A stretch of 64,000 bases of DNA from an uncultured Chloroflexota bacterium (GCA_913045935.1 CAJWSY010000004.1:578-64577); one strand, 5' to 3'; shown: positions 30,925 through 42,000, numbered from the stretch's first letter. The notes: a model not told the origin generated them from the letters alone. A program made the numbers and translations.

Positions 30925-32178
30925 TTACTTATCTAATCCAAAAACTTCATGAACTTTTAATAATGCTTTATCCAAATCTTCGTTTTTTATTAGACATGTA
31001 ATTCTTATGTCAGAAGTTGTAATCATTTCTATATTTACATTAATTTTAGATAATGTGTCAAAAAATTTAGCTGCATATCCGGGAGCATTTTGAATACCCG
31101 ATCCAATAATGCTTATTTTCCCATAATCTTTTCCAGACATAATGGATTCATATTTTATTTTTAAAGATTCTTTTTCAAGAGTTTTTATGGTTTTGTCGAA
31201 GTCTTTGTCATCAATTGTAAAAGTTAAGTCAGTTTTGTTTTTATTACTTATATTTTGAACTATGACATCCACGTTAATCCCACTAACGCTCAATGGTTCA
31301 AACACTTTTGCAGCAATTCCAGGTTTGTCTGGAATATTTTTAAGAGTTATTTTTGAAATATTTCCTTCAGAGGTTACTCCTGATACTCTATTTCTGTTTT
31401 CAGTTATATTATTCATAATTATCCCTTTATTAATAAGGTTTTTAATATCGTTTGAATTACACACAAGAGTTCCTTCTTCTTGATCGTTTGAAGATTTTAT
31501 TATTAGAGGTATTTTGTAATACATTCCTAGTTCTATAGATCTTGGGTGCATTTTTGCTCCAAAATTTGCTAGCTCAAGCATGTCTTCGTAGGCCAAGAAG
31601 TCTAATTTTTTTGCATTTTTAACAATTCTTGGATCTGCGGTATAAATACCTTTAACATCTGTATAAATTTCACATACTGAAGCTTTAAGGCTTGCTGCAA
31701 TTGCCACAGCAGTTGTATCTGAGCCTCCTCTGCCAAGTGTGGTGATTTCAAGATTTTCATTAAATCCTTGAAACCCTGCAATAACCAAAGTGTTACCTTT
31801 TTTAATTTCATTTATTATTCTATCGTTATTTATTGATTGAATTTCAGCTTGACCATAGGTTGAATTAGTATCTATTCCTGCTTGAAATCCAGTCAGTGAT
31901 TTAGATTGTATACCTATTTCTTGAAGAGCCATTGATAATAAGGTGCTTGATATTATTTCGCCTGAAGACATTAATAAATCTAACTCTCTTTGATTAGGAG
32001 ATTTTGATATTTGATTTGCTTTTTCAAGCAATTCATCCGTTGAATTGCCCATAGCTGATACTACGATAAGAATCTTTTTATTATTTTTGATATCATATTT
32101 GGTTTTTTGAGCTATTTTTTTAATTTTTTCAATCGAACCTACAGAAGTTCCACCATATTTTCTAATAATTAAATCCAT
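30925..32178 (-). CDS. lysC: aspartate kinase (with two C-terminal ACT domains)
   Basis: IIRKYGGTSVGS, LGRGGSDTTAVA and C-terminal ACT-like repeats. Confidence 0.95.
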   Translation of the reverse strand: MDLIIRKYGGTSVGSIEKIKKIAQKTKYDIKNNKKILIVVSAMGNSTDELLEKANQISKSPNQRELDLLMSSGEIISSTLLSMALQEIGIQSKSLTGFQAGIDTNSTYGQAEIQSINNDRIINEIKKGNTLVIAGFQGFNENLEITTLGRGGSDTTAVAIAASLKASVCEIYTDVKGIYTADPRIVKNAKKLDFLAYEDMLELANFGAKMHPRSIELGMYYKIPLIIKSSNDQEEGTLVCNSNDIKNLINKGIIMNNITENRNRVSGVTSEGNISKITLKNIPDKPGIAAKVFEPLSVSGINVDVIVQNISNKNKTDLTFTIDDKDFDKTIKTLEKESLKIKYESIMSGKDYGKISIIGSGIQNAPGYAAKFFDTLSKINVNIEMITTSDIRITCLIKNEDLDKALLKVHEVFGLDK

Positions 32179-32180
32179 TG

Positions 32181-33095
32181 TTAATCTTTAATATATGAAC
32201 CATTTTTAGTAATTTTAGTTATTAAAAAATCACAATCTATAGATTGTTTATCGCAATAATCTGCAATTTCATAAAATATTGTCATAGGCTCAGAGTTAGT
32301 TATTGCACCAATTGTTGGTCCTGATCCACAAACAAATGATCCTAATGCTCCAACATCATTGATATGATTTAATAAATAGTTCAATTTAGGATATTTGAGA
32401 ATCCTCCGATTTTGATGAAAAACATCCTTAAATGCTTCCCTTGATTCTTCTGGTATTGGTGATTTAAGGTTCTTAATAAGCAGTCCAAACCTACTCATAT
32501 TGTGCACAAAATCTTCTATACTAACAGATTCAGGAAGCAAAGCTCTTGATTCTTTAGTGTTTGTAGTGCTGGAAGGTATTACCAATATTATTTTTAGATC
32601 ATTATCAAATTCTAAATCAGATAATAAAATGTTATCCTTATCTCTAATACAAAGCTGAATCCCGCCCATTATACAAGGAGAGATATTGTCAAGATGAGGT
32701 TCTAGTTTCTGAGATATTTTGATTAAATCTAGTTTTGAGAATTTGTTCTCAAGATAGTAATTTGCTGCTATTAATCCCGCAGAGATTGCTGAAGAACTGC
32801 TACCCAAACCTCGTTCTAATTTTATAGAGTTATTTATTTTCAAATTTATATTTGGAATATTGATATTTAAATGATCGAAAAGCAAAGAAAAAGATATGTA
32901 AACTAAATTTGTATTATCATTTGGCAACACAGATTTACCTTCACCTTCTATTTGTATAGCAGTTGTATATGTGTCAAATATGAATTCAAAGTTATTCCAT
33001 ATATCCAAAGATGCGCCGATAGAATCAAATCCCGGTCCTAAATTTGCAATTGTTGCAGGGCTATTAACAGTTATTTTTTTATTTTTAATACTCAT
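32181..33095 (-). CDS. thrB: homoserine kinase
   Basis: PATIANLGPGFDS and GHMP-kinase motif GLGSSSSA. Confidence 0.9.
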   Translation of the reverse strand: MSIKNKKITVNSPATIANLGPGFDSIGASLDIWNNFEFIFDTYTTAIQIEGEGKSVLPNDNTNLVYISFSLLFDHLNINIPNINLKINNSIKLERGLGSSSSAISAGLIAANYYLENKFSKLDLIKISQKLEPHLDNISPCIMGGIQLCIRDKDNILLSDLEFDNDLKIILVIPSSTTNTKESRALLPESVSIEDFVHNMSRFGLLIKNLKSPIPEESREAFKDVFHQNRRILKYPKLNYLLNHINDVGALGSFVCGSGPTIGAITNSEPMTIFYEIADYCDKQSIDCDFLITKITKNGSYIKD

Positions 33096-33210
33096 AAATA
33101 TATTTTTTAATTTTGCTGAGAAAACGATTCTAACATCAAGAAAAAATATAAGCTATATTATTGATGTTTAATTTTTTTGAAAAACAAATAAACAAAAGGT
33201 TGCAAATATG

Positions 33211-33239
33211 TTGACAGTGAGCTAGGAATTATGTAATGT
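33211..33239 (+). promoter_or_regulatory. candidate sigma-70-type promoter for rpoBC
   Basis: Perfect -35 TTGACA (33211-33216), 17-nt spacer, TAATGT (33234-33239) with T-12, A-11 and T-7 conserved. About 155 nt upstream of the rpoB ATG. Confidence 0.4.
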
Positions 33240-33399
33240 ATTTGTTTGGTAGATGGATAATTCATTGTCTGAACTTCAAATTTCAAAAAAATTTCTTATG
33301 TGCTTTGCTTCTTTTTGTAGAGTACAACTAAGTACTGCAAGAAAATCTTGCAGCTCATCAATTATATATTAAATTTTTGTAAACCTGAGAGGTATTTTA

Positions 33400-36300
33400 A
33401 TGAGTTTAAAAACTAATGGTCAATATAATTTTACAGAAGAAAATATAATTCCAAATTTAATCCAAGTTCAACTTGATTCTTTTGATTGGTTTAAGCAAGA
33501 AGGTATTAAAGAATTACTAGATGATATTTCTCCCATTGAAGATTCAAGATTTGAGCTTTCTTTTATAAATCATACATTTAAGGAACCTGAAAATTCTGAG
33601 GAAGAATGTCGTAAACGTGAAATAACTTATGATGCAGCATTATGGTTTACAGCACTTTTAAAAATTAAGGATCCGGAAAATGAAGATGCAGGAGAATACA
33701 AAGAACAAGAAATTTTCGTCGGGAAATTACCTGTTATGACATCTAATGGGACATTTATTATAAATGGAGCAGAAAGAGTTGTTGTAAGCCAATTGGTAAG
33801 ATCTCCTGGTGTTTACTTTAGCGTTAATCATGAGCCAATATCTGGCAGACCTCTTGCAAATGCGAAATTAATTCCTTCCAGAGGTTCTTGGGTTGAATTT
33901 GAAACAAGTAGCAAGAATATCATATCAGTTAAAATTGACCGTAAAAGAAGGATTCCAGTAAGTATATTTTTAAGAGCTTTAGGATTTGAAGATAATGAAA
34001 TACTAAACATTTTTGCAGATGTTGATTCACCTATAGAAGGATTCATTAAATCTACTATTGATAATGACAGTGATGATGTAAAAACTAAAAAAGAATCTCT
34101 TATTGAATACTACAAAAGAGTAAGACCAGGAGAACCTCCTAATGAGGCTAATGCAGAAGAGTTGATTAACACCACGTTTTTCAATGACAAGAGATATAAC
34201 TTAGGTAATGTAGGAAGATATAAATTAAATAATAGGCTTGGTAAGATTGAAAATCTAGATATCAAAACTTTGGACAAGGATGATTTTATTCAAATTATTA
34301 AAAAAATAATTTTAATTAACAATAGTGTTGAAAGTGCAGACGATATTGATCATTTGGGAAACAGAAGAGTAAGAGCTGTTGGGGAATTGATACAAAATCA
34401 AATGAGAGTCGGTCTTTTAAGAATGGAAAGAGTTGCCAAAGATAGAATGATTACAGCTTTAGAACCAAACGAAACAGCACCACAGGCGTTAATTAACATT
34501 AGACCTGTTGTTGCAGCTGTTAAAGAATTTTTTGGTGGCTCTCAATTATCACAATTTATGGACCAAACTAATCCACTTTCAGAATTAACTCATAAAAGAA
34601 GGTTGTCAGCTTTAGGCCCTGGAGGTCTATCCCGAGAAAGAGCAGGATTTGATGTAAGAGACGTGCATTCATCTCACTACGGCAGAATATGTCCAATTGA
34701 AACACCCGAAGGCCCAAATATTGGATTGCTAGGATCGCTAGCCACATTTTCACGAACAAATGAACATGGTTTTATTGAAACTCCATATAGATTGGTTAAA
34801 AATACTATCAGTAATAAAGACAATACAATAAGTGGAAGAACAGTCAGTGAAGAAATCAAAGTTGGGAAAAAAGTTTTAGTCGAAAAAAATAAAAAAATCA
34901 CTAGAAAAGTAATTGATGAAATTAAAGCTATGCCAGAACAAGATATTAATGTATATCCATATGTTTCATTGAATAATGATGATATTAAATATTTATCGGC
35001 AGATATGGAAACCGAGTACAACATCGCTCAAGCTAGTTCAACTATAGATGCTAATGGAGAGTTTTTAAACTCTGGCGTTGAAATCAGGAAAGGAGAAGAA
35101 TTTGTTGTTATACCTCCAGAAGAAGTAGATCTTATAGACATTTCTCCAATGCAATTAGTTAGCGTTTCCACATCATTAATTCCATTTTTAGAACATGATG
35201 ATGCTAACCGTGCATTAATGGGTTCAAACATGCAGAGACAAGCTGTACCTTTAATGTCTCCGCAAGCACCAATAGTTGGTACTGGGATGGAAAAAATAGT
35301 AGCTAGAGATAGTGGTCAAGTTCAATTATCTAAAACAGATGGTTTGGTTATAAGTTCAACTGGCGAAGAAATAGCCATACTTGATAAAGATAACCAAGTA
35401 CATAAATATCCATTGAAAAAGTATTTTAGAAGTAATCAGGGTACTACAATCTCTCAACGACCTATTGTTTCGAAAGGTGATATTGTATCTGAGAATCAGG
35501 TTTTATGTGATAGTTCATCAACAGAATCTGGCAATTTAGCATTAGGTCAAAATATATTATGCGCTTTTATGAGTTGGGACGGATATAATTTTGAAGATGC
35601 AATTATACTTAGTGACAGGCTCGTAAAATGTGATATTTATACTTCTATTCACATAGAAAAACTGGAAGTTGAAGCTAGAGATACAAAATTGGGACCTGAA
35701 GAAATAACAGCAGACATCCCAAATATAGGAGAAGAAGCTCTTAAAAATCTTGATGAAAATGGTATAGTTAGAATTGGTGCAGAAGTTGGCCCAGGAGATA
35801 TTCTTGCAGGTAAAATAACACCAAAAGGAGAGACTGAGCTTAGTGCTGAAGAAAAATTACTAAGAGCTATTTTCGGAGAAAAAGCTAGAGATGTAAAAGA
35901 TACGTCACTTAGAGTCCCGCATGGACAAAGAGGTAAAGTAATTGATGTTAAAGTACTTGATGCTAAGGAAGTTAAAGATTTATCACCTGGTGTTAACAAA
36001 CAAGTAAGGGTATGGATAGCTCAAACTAGAAAAATCTCCGAAGGTGACAAGATGGCAGGACGTCACGGGAACAAAGGCGTGGTTGCCAAAATTCTTCCTC
36101 AAGAAGACATGCCTTATTTAGAAGATGGCACTCCTGTAGATATCATTCTAAATCCAATAGGTGTCCCCTCTAGGATGAATCTTGGTCAGGTTTTAGAATT
36201 ACATCTTGGTTGGGCAGCAAAAGCTTTAGGTATGAAATCAGCGAATAGACCTGTATTCGAAAGTTATACTGATACTGAAATAGAAGAATCTTTATTAAAA

Positions 36301-37293
36301 GCTTGGGTTATTAGAAAATCAGGTGCTTTAGATGATAGCATTGATGATCATTTAGAATATAAAGACATTGATTATGGCATTTTATATAAATGGCTAGAAG
36401 ATAGAGGGAAAGAGGATCTTATTGCCAACTTTATTAAAACAGATAAGGTTAAAGCTAAAAAAGTTAATATCCAAGAAGAGTGTTTGAGAATATGGTTTGA
36501 AGAAGAAACTAACGTAGATATTTCCAATTGTTCTTATGAAGACCTTAAAAGTAAAGTTGAAAATTTAAATCAAGAAAACAAATTTTCATCACCTGATTAT
36601 GGAAAAGTCAAACTTTTTGACGGAAGAACAGGAGAGGCATTTGAACAACCTATATCTGTGGGATACATGTATATGCTTAAGTTAATTCATATGGTTGAAG
36701 ATAAGATACATGCAAGATCAACAGGGCCCTACTCTCTAATCACTCAACAACCTTTAGGAGGTAAAGCTCAATTTGGAGGCCAAAGATTTGGAGAAATGGA
36801 AGTATGGGCATTAGAAGCTTATAGTTCTGCGCATAATTTGCAGGAAATTTTGACAGTAAAATCAGATGATGTTGTTGGAAGAGTTAAAACTTATGAATCA
36901 ATAGTTAAAGGCGAGCCAATTACTCAGCCTGGAATACCTGAATCTTTTCATGTACTTCTCAAAGAATTACAGAGTTTAGGATTGTCTGTTGATTTGCTAA
37001 ACAACTATGCAAATGATGGTGATATTGATTTAACAGGGTTAGTGGAAGACGTAGATTTACTTACAAGTGAAGATGATGATCTTTTGCAAATTGAAGATAT
37101 ATCTAACATGACTGAAAGCATAAATGAATCTTTGGATGAATCATTATTAAATTCAGAATTGAGTGTTCAGGACATTTCAAATGAAGATAGTGTTGAGTTA
37201 TCCTTAGATGATATAGAAGACGTAGAAATTGACGAAAGTAATAATGAAATAGAAGATTCACAGCAAGAAGAAGATTCTTCAGATGAAGAATAA
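33400..37293 (+). CDS. rpoB: DNA-directed RNA polymerase subunit beta, with a 97-aa acidic C-terminal extension
   Basis: [43 protein letters not shown] and [12 protein letters not shown] blocks. Confidence 0.98.
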   Translation: MSLKTNGQYNFTEENIIPNLIQVQLDSFDWFKQEGIKELLDDISPIEDSRFELSFINHTFKEPENSEEECRKREITYDAALWFTALLKIKDPENEDAGEYKEQEIFVGKLPVMTSNGTFIINGAERVVVSQLVRSPGVYFSVNHEPISGRPLANAKLIPSRGSWVEFETSSKNIISVKIDRKRRIPVSIFLRALGFEDNEILNIFADVDSPIEGFIKSTIDNDSDDVKTKKESLIEYYKRVRPGEPPNEANAEELINTTFFNDKRYNLGNVGRYKLNNRLGKIENLDIKTLDKDDFIQIIKKIILINNSVESADDIDHLGNRRVRAVGELIQNQMRVGLLRMERVAKDRMITALEPNETAPQALINIRPVVAAVKEFFGGSQLSQFMDQTNPLSELTHKRRLSALGPGGLSRERAGFDVRDVHSSHYGRICPIETPEGPNIGLLGSLATFSRTNEHGFIETPYRLVKNTISNKDNTISGRTVSEEIKVGKKVLVEKNKKITRKVIDEIKAMPEQDINVYPYVSLNNDDIKYLSADMETEYNIAQASSTIDANGEFLNSGVEIRKGEEFVVIPPEEVDLIDISPMQLVSVSTSLIPFLEHDDANRALMGSNMQRQAVPLMSPQAPIVGTGMEKIVARDSGQVQLSKTDGLVISSTGEEIAILDKDNQVHKYPLKKYFRSNQGTTISQRPIVSKGDIVSENQVLCDSSSTESGNLALGQNILCAFMSWDGYNFEDAIILSDRLVKCDIYTSIHIEKLEVEARDTKLGPEEITADIPNIGEEALKNLDENGIVRIGAEVGPGDILAGKITPKGETELSAEEKLLRAIFGEKARDVKDTSLRVPHGQRGKVIDVKVLDAKEVKDLSPGVNKQVRVWIAQTRKISEGDKMAGRHGNKGVVAKILPQEDMPYLEDGTPVDIILNPIGVPSRMNLGQVLELHLGWAAKALGMKSANRPVFESYTDTEIEESLLKAWVIRKSGALDDSIDDHLEYKDIDYGILYKWLEDRGKEDLIANFIKTDKVKAKKVNIQEECLRIWFEEETNVDISNCSYEDLKSKVENLNQENKFSSPDYGKVKLFDGRTGEAFEQPISVGYMYMLKLIHMVEDKIHARSTGPYSLITQQPLGGKAQFGGQRFGEMEVWALEAYSSAHNLQEILTVKSDDVVGRVKTYESIVKGEPITQPGIPESFHVLLKELQSLGLSVDLLNNYANDGDIDLTGLVEDVDLLTSEDDDLLQIEDISNMTESINESLDESLLNSELSVQDISNEDSVELSLDDIEDVEIDESNNEIEDSQQEEDSSDEE

Positions 37294-37322
37294 AATTTTA
37301 CCGAAATATAAGGAGAAATAAG

Positions 37323-40300
37323 ATGACACAATCACCAGCAGGTTTTGATTCATTAAAGATAGGGCTAGCAACAACTGATAAGATAAAATTATGGTCTTAT
37401 GGTGAAGTTACTAAACCTGAAACCATAAATTATCGTACTCTTCGACCAGAAAAAGATGGATTGTTTTGTGAAAAGATTTTTGGTCCTACTAAAGATTGGG
37501 AATGTTACTGCGGTAAATATAAAAAAATCAGATATAGAGGAGTTATTTGTGATCGTTGCGGTGTGGAAGTAGCTAGATCTAAAGTAAGAAGAGAAAGAAT
37601 GGGAACAATCACATTAGCTGCACCGGTTGCGCATATATGGTTTGCAAAAGGTTCGCCTAGTAGATTAGGTATGATTTTAAATTTGTCTCCAAGAAATCTT
37701 GAACGTATATTATATTTCGCACAGTATTTAGTAACTAGATTTAATGTTGAGGCAAAAGATTCTTTACTGTCTAAACTAGAAGAAGAATTGAAAGATTTAG
37801 ATAAGTCTATGATATCTGATGAAAGTGTAAAAAAACAAAAAGATAAAAATGACAGTGCAGAATTAAATCAAGATGAATCTCAGCAAGGTGAATCTCTGGA
37901 AGATGATCAATCTGAAGAAGTACAGCTAACAAAAGAAGAAATTAAAGCAAAAACAGATGAGATTAATATGATTATATCTGATCTTAAAACTTTAAATTTG
38001 GGTGTATTGTTAACTGATCAAAAGTATAAAGGCCTAAGAAATAGCTCGATTAGACATGGATTAGATGTTTTCTCAGCAGAAATGGGAGCTGAAGCCGTTA
38101 CAAAAGTTTTAAAAACTATTAATTTGGATACTCTCAGAGATGAGTTGCAAAAAGAAATCAGAGAAACAACAGGTCAAAGATTAAAGAAAGCCGTAAAAAG
38201 ACTTAGAGTTGTTGAAGCTTTTAGAAAAAGTGGAAATGCATTAGAATCTATGATTTTGGAAGTTATACCTGTTCTCCCTCCCGAATTAAGACCTATGGTT
38301 CAATTAGATGGTGGTAGATTTGCTGCGAGTGATTTGAATGATCTATATCGCAGAGTCATTAATCGAAACAATAGGCTTAAAAGACTATTGGAATTAAGTG
38401 CACCTGAAATTATTGTAAGAAATGAAAAAAGAATGTTACAGGAATCTGTTGATGCTTTGATTGACAATGGACGTCGAGGAAGACCGGTTTTAGGAAGTCA
38501 TAATCATACTTTAAAATCTTTGTCTGACCTTCTTAGAGGTAAGCAAGGAAGATTCAGACAAAACCTTTTAGGTAAAAGAGTAGATTACAGTGCCAGGTCA
38601 GTTATAATAGTTGGCCCTGAGCTAAAATTAAATCAATGTGGGATACCAAGAAAAATGGCAATTGAATTGTTTAAGCCATTTGTTATGCATAAGTTGGTTA
38701 TTCTTGGTTATGCTCATAATATTAGAACGGCAAAAAGATTAGTTGACAAAGGTAGCCCGGAAGTCTGGGAAATACTTGAAGAAGTTGTTAAAGAACGCCC
38801 AGTATTACTAAATAGAGCCCCGACTTTACACAGATTAGGTATACAAGCTTTTGAGCCAGTCTTAATTAACGGTAGTGCCGTTAGAGTTCATCCTCTGGTT
38901 TGTGCAGCGTTTAATGCAGACTTTGATGGTGATCAAATGGCAGTTCATTTGCCTTTATCTAAAACAGCTATTATAGAAAGTAGAAGATTAATGCTTAGCT
39001 CTAATAATATGCTTACTCCAAGTTCTGGCGAACCCATTGTAGCCCCTACATTAGATATAGTGCTAGGATGTTACTATCTAACCGGATTAGAGTCTGAAGA
39101 ATCCGAAAATTTAAAATTATATTCTAGTTTTGATGAAGCTTTATTGGCATATAACCTGAAACTAGTTAAATTAAGAGATAATATTAGAGTTAGAAATGAT
39201 AAATCATCTGATAAAGAAGTTATTTCTACAACTATTGGGCGGATAATATTTAACTCGTTATTACATGAAAGTTTTGAGTTTTATAATCAAACAATCGATA
39301 AAGCTCTTTTGAAAGATATAACTCTTAGATCATTTAAAGAATTAGGAAATGAAGAAACATCCAGATTATTAGATGCAATTAAATCTGCTGGTTTTGAATA
39401 TGCAACTAAATCTGGAATTACAATGGCTATTAATGATATAAAAATTCCAAATTCTAAGTATGATATTGTTAAAAAAGCCGATAACCAAATAGAAACACTT
39501 GAAAACAAGTTTAATCAGGGTTTTATCACAGAAGATGAAAAATATAGATCTGCAGTGAATATATGGACTGAAGCAAATGAGCAAGTTACTGCAGAAATAG
39601 AAGATTCCTTGTCAATTTATGGAGGTTTGTATTTTATGGCTTCTTCTGGTGCAAAAGGTAATATTGCTCAGATTAAACAAATGGCTGGAATGAGAGGATT
39701 GATGTCAGATCCAAAAGGAAAAATTATTGATCGTCCAATCAAATCAAATTTCAGAGAAGGTCTTACAGTGTTAGAATATTTTATTTCTACTCATGGAGCG
39801 AGAAAAGGATTAGCTGACACAGCTTTAAGGACTGCAGACAGTGGATACTTAACCAGAAGATTGATTGACGTTGCACAGGAAATGACAATAGTTGAAGATG
39901 ATTGTGGGACAGAAGATTTTAGACTGATAGAGAAAAGTAAACCTGAAGACCAGTTTAAAAGAACAATATTGTCTAGAATTAAAGGCCGATATATAGCAAA
40001 ACCAATTGTTGATTCTGAATCAGGTGAAATTTTAGTTGAGAAAAATACATTTATTGATGATACAGTATTATCAACTTTATCTGAGGACAAAATTGATACA
40101 GTTTCTGTTTTCACCCCATTAAGTTGTTCTACAGAAAGAGGACTGTGTATTAAATGTTATGGCGGATCATTAGCTAACTGGGATCCGGTTATGATTGGAG
40201 AAGCGGTTGGAATAATTGCTGCTCAGAGCATTGGAGAGCCAGGAACACAGTTAACAATGAGAACTTTCCACACCGGTGGAATTGCTTCTGTTGCTGACAT

Positions 40301-41330
40301 AACAAGTGGTTTACCTAGAGTTGAAGAGTTATTTGAAGCAAGAACTCCTAAAGGCCAGGCCATCTTAAGTGATATTGACGGAGTTGTTGATTTGTTAGAA
40401 ACATCAGACGGATTAGTTGTTCAAGTTAGTGATAAAGAAACAATGCAACAAGAAATACAAATCCCAAAAGGATGGGAAGTTAAAGTCAAAGATGGTGATA
40501 GTGTGATTGTTGGTACTGAGTTAATTTCACCCAAAGGTCAATCTCTAACTCCTAAAGAAATGAAAAACAATCCAAATAAGATATTAGAATCTAGCTCTGT
40601 TTATGCACAAGTTTCTGGTGATTTGAAAGTTACCAAACAAAAAATTGTTATTAATTGGGAAAACGAAGAAACTAGAGAATACTTAATACCTGCTGCTTCT
40701 AACTTAATTGTAGACAGAGGAGATTTCGTTGAAGCAGGATCACCTCTTACAGCCGGTCCAAAAAGTCCACAACAAATTTTAGCAATTCAGGATATCAATC
40801 ATGTACAAAAATATTTGATTGAAGAAGTCCAAAATGTGTATCTATCACAGGGAGTATCTATAAATGATAAGCATATCGAAGTAATAGTTTCCCAGATGTT
40901 AAGAAAAGTCAGAATAGATACTCAAGGAGATACGGATTACATTCCAGGAGAATTAATTGTCATTAATGAATTTGAAAATAAAAATGAAGAAATCATGGCT
41001 GAAGGAGGAGAGCCTGCCACTGCTACTCCAGTTTTACTAGGTATTACAAGAGCTTCTTTAAATATGGATAGCTTTTTGGCAGCAGCGTCATTCCAAGAAA
41101 CAACAAGAGTCCTCACAGAAGCAGCAACAAATGGTCAAGTAGATGATCTGAAAGGACTTAAAGAAAATGTTATTATTGGAAGACTAATTCCTGCAAGGTT
41201 TGATGAAACTGAAGAAGGTAGAAAAAAACTTGGATTAGACGAATTAATTGATAATGTTGATTTGAATTTGATTGATACAGCAGATGAAATGCCTAATACA
41301 GATGTTGAAGAATCAGATAAATCAGAGTAA
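37323..41330 (+). CDS. rpoC: DNA-directed RNA polymerase subunit beta'
   Basis: Zn-finger CYCGKY...CDRCG, catalytic NADFDGDQM, bridge-helix and trigger-loop blocks. Confidence 0.98.
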   Translation: MTQSPAGFDSLKIGLATTDKIKLWSYGEVTKPETINYRTLRPEKDGLFCEKIFGPTKDWECYCGKYKKIRYRGVICDRCGVEVARSKVRRERMGTITLAAPVAHIWFAKGSPSRLGMILNLSPRNLERILYFAQYLVTRFNVEAKDSLLSKLEEELKDLDKSMISDESVKKQKDKNDSAELNQDESQQGESLEDDQSEEVQLTKEEIKAKTDEINMIISDLKTLNLGVLLTDQKYKGLRNSSIRHGLDVFSAEMGAEAVTKVLKTINLDTLRDELQKEIRETTGQRLKKAVKRLRVVEAFRKSGNALESMILEVIPVLPPELRPMVQLDGGRFAASDLNDLYRRVINRNNRLKRLLELSAPEIIVRNEKRMLQESVDALIDNGRRGRPVLGSHNHTLKSLSDLLRGKQGRFRQNLLGKRVDYSARSVIIVGPELKLNQCGIPRKMAIELFKPFVMHKLVILGYAHNIRTAKRLVDKGSPEVWEILEEVVKERPVLLNRAPTLHRLGIQAFEPVLINGSAVRVHPLVCAAFNADFDGDQMAVHLPLSKTAIIESRRLMLSSNNMLTPSSGEPIVAPTLDIVLGCYYLTGLESEESENLKLYSSFDEALLAYNLKLVKLRDNIRVRNDKSSDKEVISTTIGRIIFNSLLHESFEFYNQTIDKALLKDITLRSFKELGNEETSRLLDAIKSAGFEYATKSGITMAINDIKIPNSKYDIVKKADNQIETLENKFNQGFITEDEKYRSAVNIWTEANEQVTAEIEDSLSIYGGLYFMASSGAKGNIAQIKQMAGMRGLMSDPKGKIIDRPIKSNFREGLTVLEYFISTHGARKGLADTALRTADSGYLTRRLIDVAQEMTIVEDDCGTEDFRLIEKSKPEDQFKRTILSRIKGRYIAKPIVDSESGEILVEKNTFIDDTVLSTLSEDKIDTVSVFTPLSCSTERGLCIKCYGGSLANWDPVMIGEAVGIIAAQSIGEPGTQLTMRTFHTGGIASVADITSGLPRVEELFEARTPKGQAILSDIDGVVDLLETSDGLVVQVSDKETMQQEIQIPKGWEVKVKDGDSVIVGTELISPKGQSLTPKEMKNNPNKILESSSVYAQVSGDLKVTKQKIVINWENEETREYLIPAASNLIVDRGDFVEAGSPLTAGPKSPQQILAIQDINHVQKYLIEEVQNVYLSQGVSINDKHIEVIVSQMLRKVRIDTQGDTDYIPGELIVINEFENKNEEIMAEGGEPATATPVLLGITRASLNMDSFLAAASFQETTRVLTEAATNGQVDDLKGLKENVIIGRLIPARFDETEEGRKKLGLDELIDNVDLNLIDTADEMPNTDVEESDKSE

Positions 41331-41354
41331 AATTTGCTTAATTTATAATGCATT

Positions 41355-41427
41355 GGGCGGTTAGCTCAGTGGTTAGAGTGCTGCGTTGACATCGCAGAGG
41401 TCATTGGTTCGAATCCAGTACCGCCCA
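41355..41427 (+). tRNA. tRNA-Val (anticodon GAC)
   Basis: Hand-folded cloverleaf: acceptor GGGCGGT/ACCGCCC, D arm GCTC-AGTGGTTA-GAGT, anticodon arm CTGCG-TTGACAT-CGCAG, T arm ATTGG-TTCGAAT-CCAGT, discriminator A. No encoded CCA. Confidence 0.9.
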
Positions 41428-41432
41428 TATTA

Positions 41433-41508
41433 GGCCCCGTGGTGTAGTGGTCAACACGCCGCCCTGTCAAGGCGGAGATCGCCAGTTCGAACCTGGTCGG
41501 GGTCGCCA
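41433..41508 (+). tRNA. tRNA-Asp (anticodon GTC), CCA encoded
   Basis: Hand-folded cloverleaf: acceptor GGCCCCG/CGGGGTC (one G-U), anticodon arm CCGCC-CTGTCAA-GGCGG, T arm GCCAG-TTCGAAC-CTGGT, discriminator G followed by CCA. Confidence 0.9.
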
Positions 41509-41523
41509 CAATCTTTTAATCTA

Positions 41524-41997
41524 ATGAAAAGACATTACACATCATCAGCAATAATAATTAAAAACAATTCAGTATTATTGCATTATCATAAAAAGATTAA
41601 ACTATGGCTTCCTCCCGGAGGTCATGTTGAATTAAATGAAGACCCAGTTCAAGCTGTACATAGAGAAGTTCTAGAAGAAACGGGTTTGAAAATCGAAGTT
41701 ATCAATTCTTCAAAAATGAATCCAAGAAATTATAAAAATGTTTATTCTATAATTCCCCCGTTTACAATTTTTATAGAATCTATTACAGATAATTCAAATG
41801 ATATACATGAGCATATTGATTTTATTTACTTATGTAAAATAGTTGGAGGTAAGATAAAAAATAATAATTGGGTGTGGTTTACAAAAAATGATATTCTAAA
41901 ACGACAAGATCAAAGTTATAATTTATCAACTAACAAAGAATTAACTGATGAATTAATTGATTTGTGTATTCAAGCGTTTAAAGTTTTAGAGGAGTAA
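41524..41997 (+). CDS. NUDIX hydrolase
   Basis: Nudix box GGHVELNEDPVQAVHREVLEETGL. Confidence 0.85.
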   Translation: MKRHYTSSAIIIKNNSVLLHYHKKIKLWLPPGGHVELNEDPVQAVHREVLEETGLKIEVINSSKMNPRNYKNVYSIIPPFTIFIESITDNSNDIHEHIDFIYLCKIVGGKIKNNNWVWFTKNDILKRQDQSYNLSTNKELTDELIDLCIQAFKVLEE

Positions 41998-42000
41998 TTA

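Noticed and set aside
32971-33171. 66-aa plus-strand ORF spanning the thrB start region
   Set aside because: It overlaps the thrB N-terminus in antisense, has a low-complexity hydrophobic translation and has no RBS.
33253-33372. 39-codon ORF (MDNSLSELQISKKFLMCFASFCRVQLSTARKSCSSSIIY) in the rpoB leader
   Set aside because: It has no Shine-Dalgarno site and no recognisable peptide features. It is noted only as part of the leader finding.
33828-35999. Several antisense ORFs of 63-116 aa inside rpoB (for example 34677..35024 and 35649..35999), and similar ones inside rpoC, atpD, gcvPB, secA and others
   Set aside because: They lie fully within strongly conserved genes on the opposite strand and give Ser/Leu/Ile-rich low-complexity translations with no RBS. 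These are typical antisense shadows.
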